Shown here piece after piece: positions 58,346 to 64,000 of a stretch of 64,000 nt of DNA (its first letter is position 1; each line of letters starts with the position of its first letter). The DNA comes from Amoebidium appalachense (Eukaryota; Protista; Ichthyosporea). Below the pieces are notes generated by a model that saw only the letters and a list, made by a program, of their open reading frames with translations, ran no database searches and was not told where the DNA came from. The stretch is from assembly GCA_963693365.1 (NCBI GenBank), contig CAVNZM010000003.1, forward strand, positions 12,863,252 through 12,927,251. Reading direction: 5' to 3'. The translations under genes and the position numbers were made by a program.

Positions 58346-60283
58346 GCAAGAACGTAGAAGGATGTTTCTTGCCCCGTTGATGTCGCGGTCACAGACTGTG
58401 CCACAAGCAGCACAGTTGTACACCTTTCTCCCTCCCAGGTTTGTCTTGATGGCGCCACAATGCCCACACGTCTTGCTTGTGTATTGCTCGCCCACAAACA
58501 CGACGGTCTTGCCCTTTTCCTCGGCCTTGTACACAAGGCGTTCCCGGAACTTGCCGTGTGCCCAGCCGGCCATGGCTCTGACGGCCTTGCTTGAGAGCTT
58601 TCTTGTGGACTTCATGGTCATCCGTGTGGTGTCCACCCATGGAAGCACAATCACGTCATATGCATCTGTCAGCCAGCCTGCTGTCTTCCAGTGGGCGTCC
58701 ATTTGAAGGTTTTGCACGCGGCGGCGCATGCGCACAAGTGCCCGCTTCATCCTGCGACGCCGCTTGTGCCCCACTTCTTTGCTGGCAGCCCTGGCTTGCA
58801 ACGTGTCCATGTGCTTGAGTAGACGGCAAATACGGCCTATGTCGCCTCTGCACACATGGACTGCAGTACTGGAGGCAGGGTCGTACACTGTCTGGAAGGT
58901 GCGCACACCGGGATCGAGTGAGCATACCCGTGGAGGAGCTTGGTCGCCAGCAGCACCACGAGGGGCTTGGTTGTCGCCCCTGGGCTTGCTGGTGGTGACT
59001 CGTAGATACACTCTGCCATCCTGTGTCAAAACCATGCGACAGTCACCTGTAACTTCAGTCATTGTCAACGGCTCTGCCGCCTTAAGCCGGCCTCCATCCG
59101 GACACCTGCGTGGGGTAAACACTACACACCCATCGGCTACCTTGCGGAGTGCACGAGGAGCAAGGATCGACTGGTCGCCCCACTTCTTGCTGCGAAAGCG
59201 CACCACTATTGGTCGTCCGGGTGCTCTGCCGGCCGCATATCTGCGCTTTGCTCGCTGTGATTTAACTGCCCACAGGAACTGGTCTACGGCATCCTGGCGT
59301 ACAAGGCTGGGCACTTCTGTCTTGTACTCCTCTGTGTGTGGGATGGTGGTGTTGTTGACAAATCGCTTTCGAAACACCGTTCTGTTATTCTCGCCGGTCT
59401 CGGCAAACAACCCCACACACTGATTGAATATTTTGCGAACGACACCAAACGTCTTTCGCAGCCACAACATCTGCGCTTTGGTGGGGTGTAGACGTATGGA
59501 CCGGCACCGTGTCAGCCCCTCTGCATTGGCTTTGAGAGATGCCACATCCACCCCCATAGCCTCATAATCCTCCAGCGTCGAAGGCCGTGTCTCCCTGGCC
59601 TTCATCTTCTTGGTCACCCGCTTGCTGGCGGTCGTCTTCAGGCGCTTTGTGTGGTTTGCGGCGTCTCTTTTGGCCAGTTTGGGCTTTCCATACTTGCGAC
59701 GTCCGTGATGTTTACAGATGAAATGGGTGGTGACAGCAATGAGGTCTTCCGCGAGCTCTTCATGGTCGGGGCCGTCACTATCACAGAGAACCACGACCTT
59801 GACGCCATATCGCTCAAGGAGCCACCAGAGAAGGTCGCCGGCGAGTCTGCAGAGTCGGTCTTTGTAGGTAACCACAACCTCTGCGACAGCTCCCTCGCTT
59901 GCTCGTTCCAAAAGGGACAACAGGCCTCGCCTCTTAAAGTTGACACCACTCCCGACATCCGAGATGACCTCGTGACTGGGATACCGTGCACGGATAAAGT
60001 CAATCTGTCGCTGGAGGTCCCCTTTCTGCTTTGCAGAGGAGACCCGTGCATAGGCAATGTGGGCTCTTCGTCTGGGTGCGGTCTCTTCACTCCCCGATAG
60101 CTTTGCCACGTCATTCCAGAGGTACAGACGGGTGTTTGCCGGGGTCCGAACGGAGCCAATCCTCCTGGTGTCTGCCCACCGTCTGAGAGTGGCAGTGGTG
60201 ACACCAAGCCGCTCCCTGACGACGCCGGCTGGGACATACTTTGCGTCCTCGGGTGTGCCCGGGGAGTACCTGTGTCCGCCCAT
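58301..60283 (-). CDS. tnpA-tnpB: IS607 TnpA serine recombinase read in frame with Fanzor2/TnpB RuvC nuclease (660 aa)
   Basis: MerR-like HTH LGVTTATLRRW, YARVSS..QKGDL.RQ and DVGSG.NFKR.GL. Then IRLHPT..Q, RuvC-I SLDPGVRTF, VIVLP (canonical Glu absent), GEQYTSKTC, CGHC/CAAC zinc finger and RuvC-III DRDINGARNI. Confidence 0.92.
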   Translation of the reverse strand: MGGHRYSPGTPEDAKYVPAGVVRERLGVTTATLRRWADTRRIGSVRTPANTRLYLWNDVAKLSGSEETAPRRRAHIAYARVSSAKQKGDLQRQIDFIRARYPSHEVISDVGSGVNFKRRGLLSLLERASEGAVAEVVVTYKDRLCRLAGDLLWWLLERYGVKVVVLCDSDGPDHEELAEDLIAVTTHFICKHHGRRKYGKPKLAKRDAANHTKRLKTTASKRVTKKMKARETRPSTLEDYEAMGVDVASLKANAEGLTRCRSIRLHPTKAQMLWLRKTFGVVRKIFNQCVGLFAETGENNRTVFRKRFVNNTTIPHTEEYKTEVPSLVRQDAVDQFLWAVKSQRAKRRYAAGRAPGRPIVVRFRSKKWGDQSILAPRALRKVADGCVVFTPRRCPDGGRLKAAEPLTMTEVTGDCRMVLTQDGRVYLRVTTSKPRGDNQAPRGAAGDQAPPRVCSLDPGVRTFQTVYDPASSTAVHVCRGDIGRICRLLKHMDTLQARAASKEVGHKRRRRMKRALVRMRRRVQNLQMDAHWKTAGWLTDAYDVIVLPWVDTTRMTMKSTRKLSSKAVRAMAGWAHGKFRERLVYKAEEKGKTVVFVGEQYTSKTCGHCGAIKTNLGGRKVYNCAACGTVCDRDINGARNILLRSCSQRLGTPQPLPVPA

Positions 60284-60511
60284 AGCTGCATCAACCAGCG
60301 ACTCTTTACATATGCCCTGATTATTTTTCTGACAACATCCAAAAGTTGCAAAATTGGCCAGTTTCACTCCGTAGATATGGCCATGTTTATTGTAGTTTGT
60401 GTGTGGCTGGCCATGTCAAACCGGTGACATGGACTGCATTTTGTCATGTATGTGGTCGTTGAAAGCTTTTTACACAAATGCACAATTGCAGTGTCCACTG
60501 AGAATATATTG

Positions 60512-60893
60512 TCATTGTTGGTTAGAAATGTTATAAATGCCATAAGCTGTCTTTGGCAATATTCGAGCTAGATACTCTTCATATTTTTCAGTAGGCTGCA
60601 AGTCTGGCAACTCATTTTCCTCATCATGTGTCTTGTGTACGTGTGGGTAAATGTTTGTGTCCAGGTGGTTTGGGTGGCAAAATAGAATTAATCGGGTCGT
60701 CTTTTCTGACAACAGCCACGCCACCCCCCATTCTTAAGTTATCTGTTTCTTGGCGTTTTAACTCCTTTTGCTTCACAGCAACACTTTTTTCCTGATTTGC
60801 AAAGCCGAATGCAAATACAGCGGAAAACAATATTGCAAGAGTGCCTATAACCACCAACACCCTTTGTTTCAATATCGCTGTGAGAGCCTCCAT
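60512..60893 (-). CDS. Small membrane-anchored protein, possibly frameshifted
   Basis: MEALTAILKQRVLVVIGTLAILFSAVFAFGF; overlapping downstream ORF 60512-60724. Confidence 0.4.
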
Positions 60894-61419
60894 TGTAGGT
60901 ATTAACATGTGTATAAATAATCTAGATTTTCTTCAAAGCATTTGATGTAAATGATTTGGTTGTTCGCTAAAGATCAAAGAGGAGTTTATTTTTTTATGGC
61001 TGGGGGGAGGGGGGGGGTGGGAGGGGGTGGGGGGGGGGGCATTGTGGACGTTTGCGGTTAATTTTTGTCTTGTTACAAGACACTTTTTATTGGAAACCAG
61101 GTGCCAGTACATGTGTCCAAACATCTTTGACTCTTCTATCAAAAGAAGTACTAACATGAGAAACACACAAGTCATGTAACATTCAATATAAAAGGCCTGG
61201 CTGATGTGGCCGCCAGATCACTGAAGACAACTTGTTATAGCATCAAAATCCAAAAAAAAATATGGGACTATTCGTGTAAACAGTCACCAGCTGGCAAGGA
61301 CTTGGATTTCAAAAGAAGCTGGAATGTAGCATGCCGTTGCCATGTGCAGCAACACGTTTGGGCCAAGAGACCATTGTGGGGATCTGCAGAAAATGATTTT
61401 TGTCAGCCCCCCCCCCCCC

Positions 61420-64000
<2,581 letters not shown>

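Larger units (their letters stand above)
58207..60370 (-). mobile_element. IS607-family element (TnpA serine recombinase plus Fanzor2/TnpB); ends approximate
   Basis: Gene content and structured 3' end; no TIR or TSD, as expected for IS607. Confidence 0.85.

Overview
Eukaryotic DNA, rich in microsatellites and poly-G/C tracts, carrying a roughly 57-kb block (about 4.1-61.2 kb) of compact, mostly intronless genes typical of Nucleocytoviricota. I read it as an endogenous giant-virus element, flanked by spliced host-like sequence. Viral hallmarks are a double-jelly-roll major capsid protein, a frameshifted penton/minor-capsid-like gene, an AEP primase-polymerase, a Bro-N-like protein, a DEDDh exonuclease and a beta-helix fibre. 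Accessory genes include RING, USP, F-box/LRR, ADP-ribosyltransferase and Vps62-like proteins. The most notable system is a putative DNA hypermodification pathway: a TET-associated glycosyltransferase followed directly by a TET/JBP dioxygenase, next to the capsid gene, plus a C5-cytosine methyltransferase 18 kb away. The block also holds an IS607 element whose serine recombinase and Fanzor2/TnpB read as one ORF, with a likely omega-RNA. Other insertions are a young full-length Copia element inside a viral gene and a 10.7-kb TGTT...AACA TIR element. The TIR element contains a decayed USP-like protease, a solo LTR and a palindromic minisatellite. All calls come from motif recognition by eye; no database searches were run. 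Several frameshifts fall in homopolymers and may be assembly errors.
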